Of a stretch of 64,000 nucleotides of DNA, positions 9,317 through 19,585 are shown one piece after another (within the stretch, counting starts at the first letter, position 1; every line of letters begins with the position of its first letter). The translations under genes and the position numbers were made by a program. The stretch is from a virus (taxonomy: Duplodnaviria > Caudoviricetes): IMG/VR virus record IMGVR_UViG_3300042542_006078; one strand, 5' to 3'. The notes beneath the pieces were generated by a model, which was not told where the DNA came from, searched no databases, and saw only the letters and a list, made by a program, of their open reading frames with translations.

Positions 9317-12300
9317 ATGGTGGCAATAGTCGATCTTGAAAAAAATCCCACAATAACCGACACTGTCAGGTTTCGTCTTTTGACACCTGATTATAACGGT
9401 TGCTTTTTGACGATGCCGTACAAGTTTGACAGCATCACCATTTACTTTGTTGAAAGAGATTTTTCTAGTGGAAACACAAGCGCATACAATGAAAAAAGCT
9501 ATGATCCAAAGAAAATTGCTTCAGCAGAAGAGCTTGAGGCGACAGCTTGTGCAAACCCAACATCAGATAATATAGCAGCAGCGAAAAGGGCAAGAGCATT
9601 AGCCGAACAAACTGTTGCTTCATCTTTTTTTTATTTTAATCAAGCCAATCCAATAAAAATTGTTGGTAAAAATACTGAACCAGCTTGGATTACTGGTCAT
9701 GAAATAACTGGAATAAGTGCAACAAATCCTGTTGTAATAACATCAGCAAGTCACGGCTTAAACACAGGCGATACAGTTTACATATACGCAACAAATTCCG
9801 CCCCTCCAGTTGACGGCGAATATGAAATAACATATTTAACATCGAATACTTTTTCAATTGATTTTGATTTAAGCGATCCAAGTTATACTGCCGGTACGGA
9901 CGGCATGTGGTTCACATCACTGGAAAACAGCAATAATTTTGTTCAGCCTGTAGTTGTCAACAATCAGACAACAATTGGCCTTTTTGAGTATCTTTGGGAG
10001 CCAAGGGGAGTTAGAGAGGGTGACTATTTCATTTGTTGGAAGTGGACACCATTGGTGGGTGGAGATTCAATTTCTTCTCACATTAAGTTTAGTTTATCTG
10101 GAAACACGCATGTAACAACAAGTATACCAACTCATTTTACAAATCCTGAAAAATACAAAACTTTGTTAGAAAAGTATACTCCAGAAATGTTCAAAACACT
10201 CATTTCTGATGTTGATGAAACACCATCTGTAATTGACAGGTTCAATCAATCAGTGGCTCTTGGATTTACAACTCTTGAAAACTTAGCCAATCAGATTGTT
10301 GACCTTCAAGATCCAAATGTCATAGCAGAACCACTATTGCCTTATTTGTCAAATTTGTTCAATTTGAAATTAAAAAGCAATGATCCGACAAGATGGCGTG
10401 GACAAATAGCAAGAGCAATTCCTCTTTTCAAAAATAAAGGAACAAGGAATGCGTTAGAAGAATCGTTTGGTCATGCAGGAATGAAACTTGTTTCATATAA
10501 GCCATTGTGGCAAGTTGTTTCAAGGTATACATGGCAAGAATCATTTACATATGAAGGCATAATTTATGCTTGGGAATTAGAAAAAGTTTTAATTGAACCT
10601 ATTGATCTAAATAATTTTTATTTGTGGATAAGACCTTATAATTCAGACGCATATACGATATTGACATCTAGTTATGTGTCATTCTCAACAGTAGATGGCA
10701 TAACAACTATGACTTGGGTTGGTGATACTCTTTCAGTTGATCCAATTACATTGATTTCTGGAGATACAATTAGAGTTTTGTATCAATATTCAACAATTCC
10801 AAGTCCTGTTGAACAAGATTTGGAAAATTATGTTAGAACTCTTGAGTTAATAGACAAGCGTGACGAAAGAAGTCAAATATATCCTTTGAAGAATTGGAAT
10901 GTTCGTGGAATTGAACAAGACGATGTTTTATTTAATTTGATTGTTCCTTCAAGAAATCCATTTCATGATTTCTTAATTTTTGGCCAGATAAGGACTGAAT
11001 TTCCTTATTCGGAAAACATTTACAATATGGAAGAGTACAACGGTAGTATTAGAAATTCCAAGGTTCCTTGCGACATAGGAAGGGAATTTGTTGATCCTTG
11101 TTCATCCTGCATAAGCAGTAGTTATAACATAGATGTTCAAATAGACGCATTGTCAAATGATAGAATAAATGAGTTTTATGAAGTTTTGGCAGAAAACATG
11201 CCATTTCATGCTTTGTTGAATACTGTAAATTTCTATGGAGGACTACAAGAATTCATTGCTTCTCCACAAGAAACCATTGAATGCTTAGTAAAGGTTGCTC
11301 AACTGCAATATTGCATTTCTGGAGAAGGTCAGACTTATTTCAATAGATCTATGAGACTCAGCAATCTTAATGACCTTCCAAATAGCCAATGCATCTTTAG
11401 AAATGAACTTGCAACAAAAACACAAGTTGTAACATCGGCTACAGCTACTGCCTATAACTCCGACATCGTTGTTTATTGTCCAAGTCAACCATTAGCTGGA
11501 TTTGCAATAAGGGGCGATCATAGTGCAATATTGCAAATTCTTGATGGTGCATATCAAGGTTCTTATATAGTATACGGCGTTGATGACAGAATTGTTTATT
11601 TCAATACTTCACCAACAGAGCCAATTGATGGGTGCAATAACATATTCTCGTGGTCTGGATCATTGAGTACATGTTCATTTCCTTTCAGAATCATTAATCC
11701 AATTATTGACAATTACAACTATGGATCTTTGTGCAATATAATTCAGGACAATCTTGTTGTATTTGGCGATTCTTCTAAGGATTTTGGATTACTTGGCATC
11801 AAGTCGCAATTTGATGTTAATCAAGGAACTGCTTTATCTGCTTATGAAATTTCTATTCCCGCTTACGGACTAACAAATTATACAATATTGAATGTTGATC
11901 CTAGCGGAAATTTAACTATAGATTATGACAGTACTCTTCCTTCTTCTTCCTCTACAAATATAAGCTACACAATTTATAACGGTGCTACTCCAGTTACCAC
12001 AGGAACATTAGGTTTTCTAACTGTTACCACCAGAGGCCGGGTTACAGTTTTGAATTCGTCTTTGCTACCAATAAGCAGCATGATAACTGGACCAAATTTT
12101 TATCATAATGTTAGTTCAATTGATTATGAAATATCCAGTTTGGTTGATGGAACAACAGACCAGTTTTATATAAGCGGTTATAATGGTGGTACTATAGCTG
12201 GACTTAATATGGTTATCACTAAAAGAATGGTTGACAATGTCATTGGCTACATGAGTCATCGTGGCATGAACATTCAATTTTCTGGAATTGACTACGAAAC

Positions 12301-12769
12301 AAGCCTTGGAATTCAAGATGGATCAAACAATATTTTACCATATGTTGATCCTGTAGTAAATAATTTCATGGCTAATTATATTGTCGAAGTTGATGGTGTA
12401 AATTATTGGATGTCGGGTATTAACGGAAATAGTCCAGCAGGCGATACTACAATAAATTTAAGTGGTCCTGACATTTATTGGAGAACTTTGCTAAACGGAG
12501 GAACATCAGTTACAGTCAATATGTATAAATACAATAGCTTGGGATCAACGATTCCCGGCCAACAATCAGGTCAACCAACTCATACTTTCCAAAAGCTGGA
12601 TAGATCAGGAAGTCCTAATGTTACTGGGACAAATGAGTTGAATGATGCGATAGTCGCTTCTCTGAGTGTTGAAGATCAGGGAATGCCGAAGGAAAACATA
12701 AAGCAGAAAGAATCAATCTCGTATAAAATTGTTTATTCCAATGGAAGCGGAGAAGAAGGCACACTATGA
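9317..12769 (+). CDS. Large baseplate wedge protein (gp7/gpI-like) with an E1-FCCH-like beta domain
   Basis: Follows gp6; LLPYLSNLFNLKL...IARAIPLFKNKGTRNALE resembles tail protein I/gp7; ITGISATNPVVITSASHGLNTGDTVYI is FCCH-like. Confidence 0.7.
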   Translation: MVAIVDLEKNPTITDTVRFRLLTPDYNGCFLTMPYKFDSITIYFVERDFSSGNTSAYNEKSYDPKKIASAEELEATACANPTSDNIAAAKRARALAEQTVASSFFYFNQANPIKIVGKNTEPAWITGHEITGISATNPVVITSASHGLNTGDTVYIYATNSAPPVDGEYEITYLTSNTFSIDFDLSDPSYTAGTDGMWFTSLENSNNFVQPVVVNNQTTIGLFEYLWEPRGVREGDYFICWKWTPLVGGDSISSHIKFSLSGNTHVTTSIPTHFTNPEKYKTLLEKYTPEMFKTLISDVDETPSVIDRFNQSVALGFTTLENLANQIVDLQDPNVIAEPLLPYLSNLFNLKLKSNDPTRWRGQIARAIPLFKNKGTRNALEESFGHAGMKLVSYKPLWQVVSRYTWQESFTYEGIIYAWELEKVLIEPIDLNNFYLWIRPYNSDAYTILTSSYVSFSTVDGITTMTWVGDTLSVDPITLISGDTIRVLYQYSTIPSPVEQDLENYVRTLELIDKRDERSQIYPLKNWNVRGIEQDDVLFNLIVPSRNPFHDFLIFGQIRTEFPYSENIYNMEEYNGSIRNSKVPCDIGREFVDPCSSCISSSYNIDVQIDALSNDRINEFYEVLAENMPFHALLNTVNFYGGLQEFIASPQETIECLVKVAQLQYCISGEGQTYFNRSMRLSNLNDLPNSQCIFRNELATKTQVVTSATATAYNSDIVVYCPSQPLAGFAIRGDHSAILQILDGAYQGSYIVYGVDDRIVYFNTSPTEPIDGCNNIFSWSGSLSTCSFPFRIINPIIDNYNYGSLCNIIQDNLVVFGDSSKDFGLLGIKSQFDVNQGTALSAYEISIPAYGLTNYTILNVDPSGNLTIDYDSTLPSSSSTNISYTIYNGATPVTTGTLGFLTVTTRGRVTVLNSSLLPISSMITGPNFYHNVSSIDYEISSLVDGTTDQFYISGYNGGTIAGLNMVITKRMVDNVIGYMSHRGMNIQFSGIDYETSLGIQDGSNNILPYVDPVVNNFMANYIVEVDGVNYWMSGINGNSPAGDTTINLSGPDIYWRTLLNGGTSVTVNMYKYNSLGSTIPGQQSGQPTHTFQKLDRSGSPNVTGTNELNDAIVASLSVEDQGMPKENIKQKESISYKIVYSNGSGEEGTL

Positions 12770-13248
12770 AAGATCTAATTAACAGTATCAAGACCCGTGG
12801 CGATGTGCAGATGATAATAGATTATGCTTGTGGAAAGCGTGAGATTATTGAGTTTCCAAACACGGTATTAAATAATGGTCGTGAAGCTCTAGCTGCTTCT
12901 CTCGGAAACAAATTTACTGGAAATTATAGTTTCTACATTAACAGGATGATTTTTGGAACTGGTGGAACTACTGGCGGAAATGTAAAATTCGTTGATGCTG
13001 GTAGAAATGGTTTGTTTTGTGGTTCTCCAGTTTCATCAAAGCCCGTCATATCCGCAATTGATCCTAATGTTAATTCGCAGATAATTTTGACCTCTGTTTT
13101 GGCAACTGGTGATGCAGTTGGCGAAACTCTCAACGAGATGGCATTACAAATGGCCACTGGTGATTTGTACAGTATGGTTACATTTCCTGATTTGACTAAA
13201 ACAGATCAGATGAGTATCATTTGGAATTGGACTCTAAGCTTTATCTAA
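12766..13248 (+). CDS. Baseplate / tail-fibre attachment protein (tail-collar-like)
   Basis: NTVLNNGREALA...MIFGTGG...LNEMAL...LYSMVTFPDLTKT resembles the collar-fibre family; synteny. Confidence 0.55.
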   Translation: MKDLINSIKTRGDVQMIIDYACGKREIIEFPNTVLNNGREALAASLGNKFTGNYSFYINRMIFGTGGTTGGNVKFVDAGRNGLFCGSPVSSKPVISAIDPNVNSQIILTSVLATGDAVGETLNEMALQMATGDLYSMVTFPDLTKTDQMSIIWNWTLSFI

Positions 13249-13263
13249 TATTGAAGGGGGAAA

Positions 13264-14100
13264 ATGCCTGACTTAAATGGTTTACCAGTTCCACAATACA
13301 ATGCTGGCCAGCCTTATCACTGGGAATATGACAATCTGCCTTTGCAAACATTGGCTGATAGGGATGATCTGATCAATGCTGTTGTAGACACTCATCAAGA
13401 GATTTTAAGAAATAGTGCTGGCACTGTAGGAACATTGGCTAATCGTCTTGATCAATCGATTCAAGATGATGGTAATTTGCTTACTAGTGCTGTTAATGAT
13501 GCCTTGCACAATATTGCAAAACATACAGATGGTAGTACTACCGTTTCTGGTTCTGATCTTACAGATTACCAAAATCTTGGTTATGTGACAGTAAGCAATC
13601 CTGTTCCTTTTGTGAGGATGCTAGAGGCGGAGAGAGATAAGCTTTCTCTTGTTGCAGATGAAGCCACTAAGTTGTTGGTTGATGTCAACACGCCATCTCT
13701 TGTTTATACATTCGGTGATGGTGGTATTGACAATCTTGTCTTGGCTGAGTCAACTAGTATTGGATGGACATTTGAAGGCCCGAATAGCGTAAAGCCGGAA
13801 ATTAAATTTTCTATTGCTTTTGCCCATCGTCATTATTATGATTTAGAACCAATAACTAGCAATTACATCAATTTTCAGGTCAATAGCCCATCTACTCCAT
13901 ACATGGAAGACAGTTTGCGAGTTTATATCAATGGTGTGAGACTTAATTCAGAGTATAATGTATATGTTCCAAACAACACCGTAAGCACATGGACTTCCAA
14001 TAGGTTCACTCCAAGTCATCTTGCTGGGACATTTGCGCTTGCGACTGCAATCAATGCTTCTGATATAATCAGAATTGATTTTGATGTAGCTGTAACATAG
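13264..14100 (+). CDS. Putative virion structural protein
   Basis: Last gene of the baseplate operon; beta-rich C-terminus (SLRVYINGVRL...DIIRIDF). Confidence 0.5.
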   Translation: MPDLNGLPVPQYNAGQPYHWEYDNLPLQTLADRDDLINAVVDTHQEILRNSAGTVGTLANRLDQSIQDDGNLLTSAVNDALHNIAKHTDGSTTVSGSDLTDYQNLGYVTVSNPVPFVRMLEAERDKLSLVADEATKLLVDVNTPSLVYTFGDGGIDNLVLAESTSIGWTFEGPNSVKPEIKFSIAFAHRHYYDLEPITSNYINFQVNSPSTPYMEDSLRVYINGVRLNSEYNVYVPNNTVSTWTSNRFTPSHLAGTFALATAINASDIIRIDFDVAVT

Positions 14101-14108
14101 GAGCTTGC

Positions 14109-14831
14109 ATGTCATTTATAAACTGGGTGAAGAATAGAGATAATGATCTTTATTGTGAGTTCATCTTGCAGGATGAGTATGGCAATGAAAATACAGACAG
14201 CAAAAAAGAACTTGTTGTTCTGGTCGGACCTCCAGCAGTTGGCAAAAGCACATATATAGCTCAAAAATTTCATTCAGATGATGTTTTTGTTGTAAGTCGT
14301 GATGAAATAGTTGATCGTGTATCAAAAGATTACGACATGACATATGATGATATGTTTGCATTACCTCCAAAAGATGCTTTGCCAAATACTAGCGTGGCTG
14401 GAATGGAAAAGTATGGGAATGTGCAAAAAGCTCCTTTGTGGATGAAATGGACTCCCGTGGTTTTCGATAGAGTTCAAGAAGCGAATGATAGAATAAATAA
14501 TTTATTGCAAAAAAGATTTGCTGATGCAGTAAATTCTGACCTGAATATTGTTGTTGATATGACAAACATGACAGCTTCTGTTCGCAAGAACGCTTTGAAA
14601 CATGCAGACAAAAAAGATTATTTCAAAAGAGCGGTGGTTTTTACATTTCAGGATTCTGATCTTCCTGAATTGATGAGAAGAATGAAAGAAAGAAGCGATA
14701 AGATTAGAAAGCAGGGAGGAAGCAAAACAATTGGCGAAGATGTCGTCAATAGAATGATTCAAAGTTTTGAAGCTATAGATCCGAAAGAAGGATTTGACCG
14801 AGTTGACACAATCAATACTTTTTCTGTTTGA
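14109..14831 (+). CDS. P-loop kinase, polynucleotide-kinase (AAA_33)-like
   Basis: Walker A GPPAVGKST, VSRDEI, IVVDMTN....R as in PNK kinase domains; no phosphatase domain. Confidence 0.75.
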   Translation: MSFINWVKNRDNDLYCEFILQDEYGNENTDSKKELVVLVGPPAVGKSTYIAQKFHSDDVFVVSRDEIVDRVSKDYDMTYDDMFALPPKDALPNTSVAGMEKYGNVQKAPLWMKWTPVVFDRVQEANDRINNLLQKRFADAVNSDLNIVVDMTNMTASVRKNALKHADKKDYFKRAVVFTFQDSDLPELMRRMKERSDKIRKQGGSKTIGEDVVNRMIQSFEAIDPKEGFDRVDTINTFSV

Positions 14832-14875
14832 TTGTATCAAAGCATTTCTCTTATAATTACGGAGGAGTGCTTATT

Positions 14876-15412
14876 GTGACTATGTTTTCAAACAAAGATT
14901 TGAAAGTGTGTTTTGTAATTTTATCGCCAGATTGTGCTGTTAATCTAATCAAAAATACAGCCAGTTCGATCAAATACCACTATCCAAAATTACCTTTTAT
15001 AACAATTACGGAATCATCAGCAATCAAAGAAGATGTGGCTGAAATTAAAAAAATATGCCCTGTATACAAGGGAAATGAAACAATAAGTTCTCTTATAAAT
15101 GTTGGAATGCGCCACTCTCCTGCCGAATGGGTTTTTCTTGTAATAGCTGGAACAAATGTAAGACCAAACCTTGATTCCAAATTTTCATTCTATGTTGCAA
15201 ATGAAAAAGATATTCTTTATCCAGTTGCAAATTACAAATATAATTTTATTGATGCCACTTTGAATGGATTGTTTATAAATCGCAAAACATTCAGGGAAGT
15301 TGGAGAAATGCAGGAAAGTGGCTCTCTTGACATGGTTAAACTTGCTTGGGCAGCGGAAGCTGTCGAATATGGTTGTAAGTTCAAGGCAATAGTAGGCAGT
15401 AAAATGTGCTAA
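14876..15412 (+). CDS. Degenerate GT-A (GT2-like) fold protein
   Basis: VCFVILS...NTASSIK...SLINVGMRHSPAEWVFLVIAG parallels GT2 N-terminal motifs but lacks DxD. Start placed at GTG 14876 after GGAGGAG. Confidence 0.45.
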   Translation: MTMFSNKDLKVCFVILSPDCAVNLIKNTASSIKYHYPKLPFITITESSAIKEDVAEIKKICPVYKGNETISSLINVGMRHSPAEWVFLVIAGTNVRPNLDSKFSFYVANEKDILYPVANYKYNFIDATLNGLFINRKTFREVGEMQESGSLDMVKLAWAAEAVEYGCKFKAIVGSKMC

Positions 15413-15422
15413 GGAGCATGAC

Positions 15423-16130
15423 ATGGAACTTGTAAAAAATGAATTGCTGAAAGAAATTGATGAAGTGATTTCAAAAAGAGAAATCAATCAAAGACATAGT
15501 TATTTTCAGTTAAAGTATTTTTTGATTGGCAAAGAGCCGACAATGCAATCAAAAATGTGGCAATGCCTTCGGGAAATGAAAAATAGAAGCGAAAGCTTGA
15601 AAAGCATTGATCTTGAAACTGAAGAGTTAAAAGATAAGTTGGAGCTACTAGATATTAATGTCCAAAAAGTAAAACATGACAAGGATAAATCCCTACCTGA
15701 AGATAAGATTTTACATGATCTTTTTATGAAAGAATGTGACATTAAAATTCGCCAGTTGGATCGTCAAAAAAAGGCTTTGGAACAAAGTTATAAGGATATT
15801 CAAGAAAGAAGGCGTTGGATATCAGAGGAAGGTAAGTTTTTTCTGGAAACATTCAAAAATCTGGAAAAGATTGAACCACTCAAACATTTTGATGATTTGG
15901 AGGCTCAAAAGGAATACTGGCAAGAAAAACTTACCCAAAAAGTTAATCTTAAGATGTTGACCCAGAACACAATTGATGTCGATCTTATTGAAACAATTGT
16001 GGCTTTGCCAGACGACTTAAAAATCAAACAACAAACACTACAAACATTAAACTTAAAACAAAATGAAATACTTGTTAAACTTTCAGAAACAGCCAAAAAA
16101 CTTGAATCTAAGAATTTGAAGGAGACTTGA
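15423..16130 (+). CDS. Coiled-coil protein of unknown function
   Basis: 235 aa, E/K/L-rich heptads, RBS AAGGAG. Confidence 0.6.
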   Translation: MELVKNELLKEIDEVISKREINQRHSYFQLKYFLIGKEPTMQSKMWQCLREMKNRSESLKSIDLETEELKDKLELLDINVQKVKHDKDKSLPEDKILHDLFMKECDIKIRQLDRQKKALEQSYKDIQERRRWISEEGKFFLETFKNLEKIEPLKHFDDLEAQKEYWQEKLTQKVNLKMLTQNTIDVDLIETIVALPDDLKIKQQTLQTLNLKQNEILVKLSETAKKLESKNLKET

Positions 16131-17188
16131 TGGCAGTAACAAAAATATCATCGTATGATACTGGTTATGTTACAGGAAATTTATCTCTTTATCCAGAGGC
16201 GATAGATTCAAGATATCAGCTTTATGAGGCAAAAAACAATGCCGAAACTAAATTATCTCAATCATTAACATATACTGCAAAATTTATTTTAGTCGAAAAC
16301 AATGATAGTTTTCCATCAACAGGCATCATCAGGATTGGTCCTCCTCCCGGCCAATCCGGTGCCGCAGAGATGATTTATTACGACAATAAATCTCAAGGGA
16401 TTTTTAAGAATTTGATAAGGGGATTCGCTGGATCAAGGCAAAATCCTTGGCCAGTTGGAAGTTATGTTACAAGCGCAGTTTTCGCAGAACATCACAATAG
16501 TATCAAGGATGCCATAATCAACATCGAAACAAATGTTGGAGTTGAAACAAATCCATTATCTACTTCCCTCAATGGTATCCTTAAGACTCAAGAAAACAGA
16601 TTTTTAGCACCAAGACCAGTTTTCAGAAGTTATCCAACAATTGCCTTGCCCGGTAAAAAAATAAGATTCCAGAACTTCAGTTCTGGACCAATAATTAGAT
16701 ATCTTTGGGACTTTGGAGACGGAACTACTTCAATAGAAAAATCTCCATCACACACATATTACAAGGAAGGTGTTTTTTCGATCAAATTGAACATCATTAC
16801 TGAGAGCGGGGCTCAGGGAATTGCTGAAAAGAAAAATTACATCACAATAAGTAACGATGCAGCTTTGCCATTTTTCTATATTCTTCCAAAAACAGGAATT
16901 TCAATGCAGACTGCCATTTCCTTGGGAGATTCTAATTTGGCGACAAAATTCAACTTTGTTGACCAAGCAGACGGCGACATCATTCAAAGATACTGGGTTT
17001 TTGATGGTGTTGGTTATCAAAATGGTGTACTTGTTCCTTCACAAACAATTACGGAACTTGATCCAAATATCCATTTTACTTCCTATACCTACGATAAACC
17101 CGGAAAATACACTCCATCATTATTGATCGTGTATGAAAACCAAAAAGTGAAAAGGTCTGTTCTTGCTGACAGCATAGTGGTGGAATAA
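16130..17188 (+). CDS. PKD-domain virion appendage protein (paralog 1)
   Basis: AEHHN motif; PKD signature RYLWDFGDGTTSIEKSPSHTY..EGVFSIKL and a second PKD-like unit. Confidence 0.75.
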   Translation: MAVTKISSYDTGYVTGNLSLYPEAIDSRYQLYEAKNNAETKLSQSLTYTAKFILVENNDSFPSTGIIRIGPPPGQSGAAEMIYYDNKSQGIFKNLIRGFAGSRQNPWPVGSYVTSAVFAEHHNSIKDAIINIETNVGVETNPLSTSLNGILKTQENRFLAPRPVFRSYPTIALPGKKIRFQNFSSGPIIRYLWDFGDGTTSIEKSPSHTYYKEGVFSIKLNIITESGAQGIAEKKNYITISNDAALPFFYILPKTGISMQTAISLGDSNLATKFNFVDQADGDIIQRYWVFDGVGYQNGVLVPSQTITELDPNIHFTSYTYDKPGKYTPSLLIVYENQKVKRSVLADSIVVE

Positions 17189-19539
17189 TGGCAACAAATT
17201 ATCCTGTATCTTTTGATACCAATCTAAACCTTTACAAGGTTAGTGATGGGTTAAGAGTATTTCTTGCAGAGGATTACAATCCCGGCGATACCACCATTAC
17301 GGTTCTTGGCGACGAATCAACCATGAGGTTGTTTAACAACACCGGAATCATCACTCTCACCGAACAATGTAGTGAACCATCTCTTCGTGCCCTGAGCTTT
17401 TCCTACACATCCAGAACACTTACAACATTTGAAGGTCTGACACTTCTATCTGGATTTGTTGATAATGCCAAGCCAAAAAATGTAACCAATGTCATTCAGA
17501 ATGTAATGGCAGAACACCACAATGCAATCAAAGATGCATTGATAGGAATTCAAGAGTTTGTTGGAAAAAAAGGTGAAGTTGCAACAGGGCCTCTCGAAGG
17601 AACGATGGAAGAAAGAATTAATTATTTAAGACAAATAGCATTGCAGCCGAAAGCTTGGTTCAAGGTTGATAAGACTAGTGGTCTAGCACCTCTTACGGTT
17701 ACTTTCACAGACTTAAGTTTTCGTCTTGGCACTGATGGATCATCATCGAATATTCAATATTTTTGGAATTTTGGCGACAATACAACATCTACCATTTCAT
17801 TCATATCAGTTATTGGAGGAATATCCACATTAGAAGTAATGTCAGTTTTACCTTCAGTAATTTCTTTAGCATCTTATGTTCCAAACAATATATCCAATAT
17901 TATTGTGGAAGATATTGATGGCGGCACAATTAGTAAGGTTTATACTGAGCCGGGCGTATACACCGTGCAGCTTAAAATAGTTAATGATTTTGGAGAAGAC
18001 ACAGTAATATTTGATGATCTCATAGAAGCCAAATTTCCTGCTCCAAGCGAAGCATGCATTACATTTGTTGCAAGAGCCAATCAAATAATTACCACAGCCG
18101 GAGTGCCATCTGGAGGCCCTTACACGACAACTCCAGTTATTCGTGCCCCAATCAATTCAATCATTGACATGTACATTCCAACTGGAACTAATCCAAACAC
18201 ACCGGGAGTGACATATTCTGGCGAAACCATGATAGACGGAACGATTATTGATCCTATCGAAACTTACACTTGGTCTTTCACGGATGATTTGACACATGGA
18301 AATTCCACTGTCGCAAGAGCAGTTTATAGCGTTGGTGGAATATATGACATGGTTTTAAGATGCGACACAAAATTGGGCGCATACAGAATCACAGTATATG
18401 AAAGCGCATTTGACATTGTGGAAAAATATAACCTTTGGCTTTGGTTGTATAACACCAATAAAACGCAAGCTTCTGTATCTGAATTTGGACTTCTAAGCGA
18501 AACATTCAAGTCAACTACCGCTCCTTTGACATTAAATGTAAACCAGTCATTTCTTGTGAATACAGTTTCCAATCCAGTTGTTAATTCGGCACAGCAACTT
18601 AGGGAATTCAACAGAAATGTTGGATTTGCTCCTAGAACATCAGCAAGTTCCGGTAATGCTGGGACAGGAATTCTTTACTGGGCAAGTGGAAGACCCGCTA
18701 ACAGTTCTGTTCTAAATGAAAAAATTCTTAGCTCGCAATTCAATGGTTTCACTCAAGTTTACACAAGTGGGATTGATAACGCTGGTGTTGATATCCAAAG
18801 ACCTTGGAACTGGATTGGGTTGGCTTCAACACAAAAAATTTATTTTGTGTTTGGAGGAGTAATTGGATCAATATCTCCCAATACATCACCAACAAATCAA
18901 ACCAAGGATGTTGTTCCTCTAAGCACTTTATCTGCCGTGATACCAGCAACCATTTTAGCAAATGATAATTATCAAAACGGAGCAGAAGAATTACAGGAAA
19001 ATGAGGTGACATTCAATATTTCTGGCATAGCAGAACAAGGAAACATGAGTGTTTACCGTAGTTGTTGGAAGGACGATGCAGGATTTTTTCTCAGAAACCA
19101 AGGAACTGGAACATTTTTCAGAATCAAAAGTTTTTACAGAACAAGTGGAAATACATCAGAACCATTTATTAATATCAAGAAACTTCCAGATATGACAGGT
19201 TCGTCTAAGGTAGAAGGGCAATTGGTTGCGCTTTCAACTGGTGTTTATTTCTTTAGCAACTCTGGCGCAGTTGCGGCTTATAACCCCACTACAGGCGTTT
19301 GGGGCACTGGCGGGCCGGGAGTTAACTCTCCAGCATTCAAGGCTCTTCAGGACAGTACAGTCTCTGGATTCGATAGCGAAAGCCAAACATTATTGGCAGC
19401 TTCTGACGGAGACAAGCTGGCTTATTTAAGTTTTGACTATAGTGCAAAAGCATTTATAAAATTTAATGAAACAGACACAACATTCAGTAGTGTTACCAGC
19501 AGGCCAAGTGGTGATCAATGGAACATGACCATTTTTTAA
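17188..19539 (+). CDS. PKD-domain virion appendage protein (paralog 2)
   Basis: AEHHN motif; SGLAPLTVTFTDLS...YFWNFGD...YTEPGVYTVQLKI; long beta-rich C-terminus. Confidence 0.75.
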   Translation: MATNYPVSFDTNLNLYKVSDGLRVFLAEDYNPGDTTITVLGDESTMRLFNNTGIITLTEQCSEPSLRALSFSYTSRTLTTFEGLTLLSGFVDNAKPKNVTNVIQNVMAEHHNAIKDALIGIQEFVGKKGEVATGPLEGTMEERINYLRQIALQPKAWFKVDKTSGLAPLTVTFTDLSFRLGTDGSSSNIQYFWNFGDNTTSTISFISVIGGISTLEVMSVLPSVISLASYVPNNISNIIVEDIDGGTISKVYTEPGVYTVQLKIVNDFGEDTVIFDDLIEAKFPAPSEACITFVARANQIITTAGVPSGGPYTTTPVIRAPINSIIDMYIPTGTNPNTPGVTYSGETMIDGTIIDPIETYTWSFTDDLTHGNSTVARAVYSVGGIYDMVLRCDTKLGAYRITVYESAFDIVEKYNLWLWLYNTNKTQASVSEFGLLSETFKSTTAPLTLNVNQSFLVNTVSNPVVNSAQQLREFNRNVGFAPRTSASSGNAGTGILYWASGRPANSSVLNEKILSSQFNGFTQVYTSGIDNAGVDIQRPWNWIGLASTQKIYFVFGGVIGSISPNTSPTNQTKDVVPLSTLSAVIPATILANDNYQNGAEELQENEVTFNISGIAEQGNMSVYRSCWKDDAGFFLRNQGTGTFFRIKSFYRTSGNTSEPFINIKKLPDMTGSSKVEGQLVALSTGVYFFSNSGAVAAYNPTTGVWGTGGPGVNSPAFKALQDSTVSGFDSESQTLLAASDGDKLAYLSFDYSAKAFIKFNETDTTFSSVTSRPSGDQWNMTIF

Positions 19540-19548
19540 CTTATAGAG

Positions 19549-19555
19549 ATAAATA
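19549..19555 (+). promoter_or_regulatory. Putative late promoter core ATAAATA
   Basis: Intergenic, about 30 nt upstream of the GTG at 19586. Confidence 0.4.
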
Positions 19556-19585
19556 CTTTGATACAAAAAAGGGATAAATCAAAAA

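Noticed and set aside
1-13248. Extracellular contractile injection system (Afp/PVC) or T6SS interpretation of the baseplate genes
   Set aside because: Terminase, portal, protease, scaffold and major capsid genes are in the same window, so this is a complete tailed phage.
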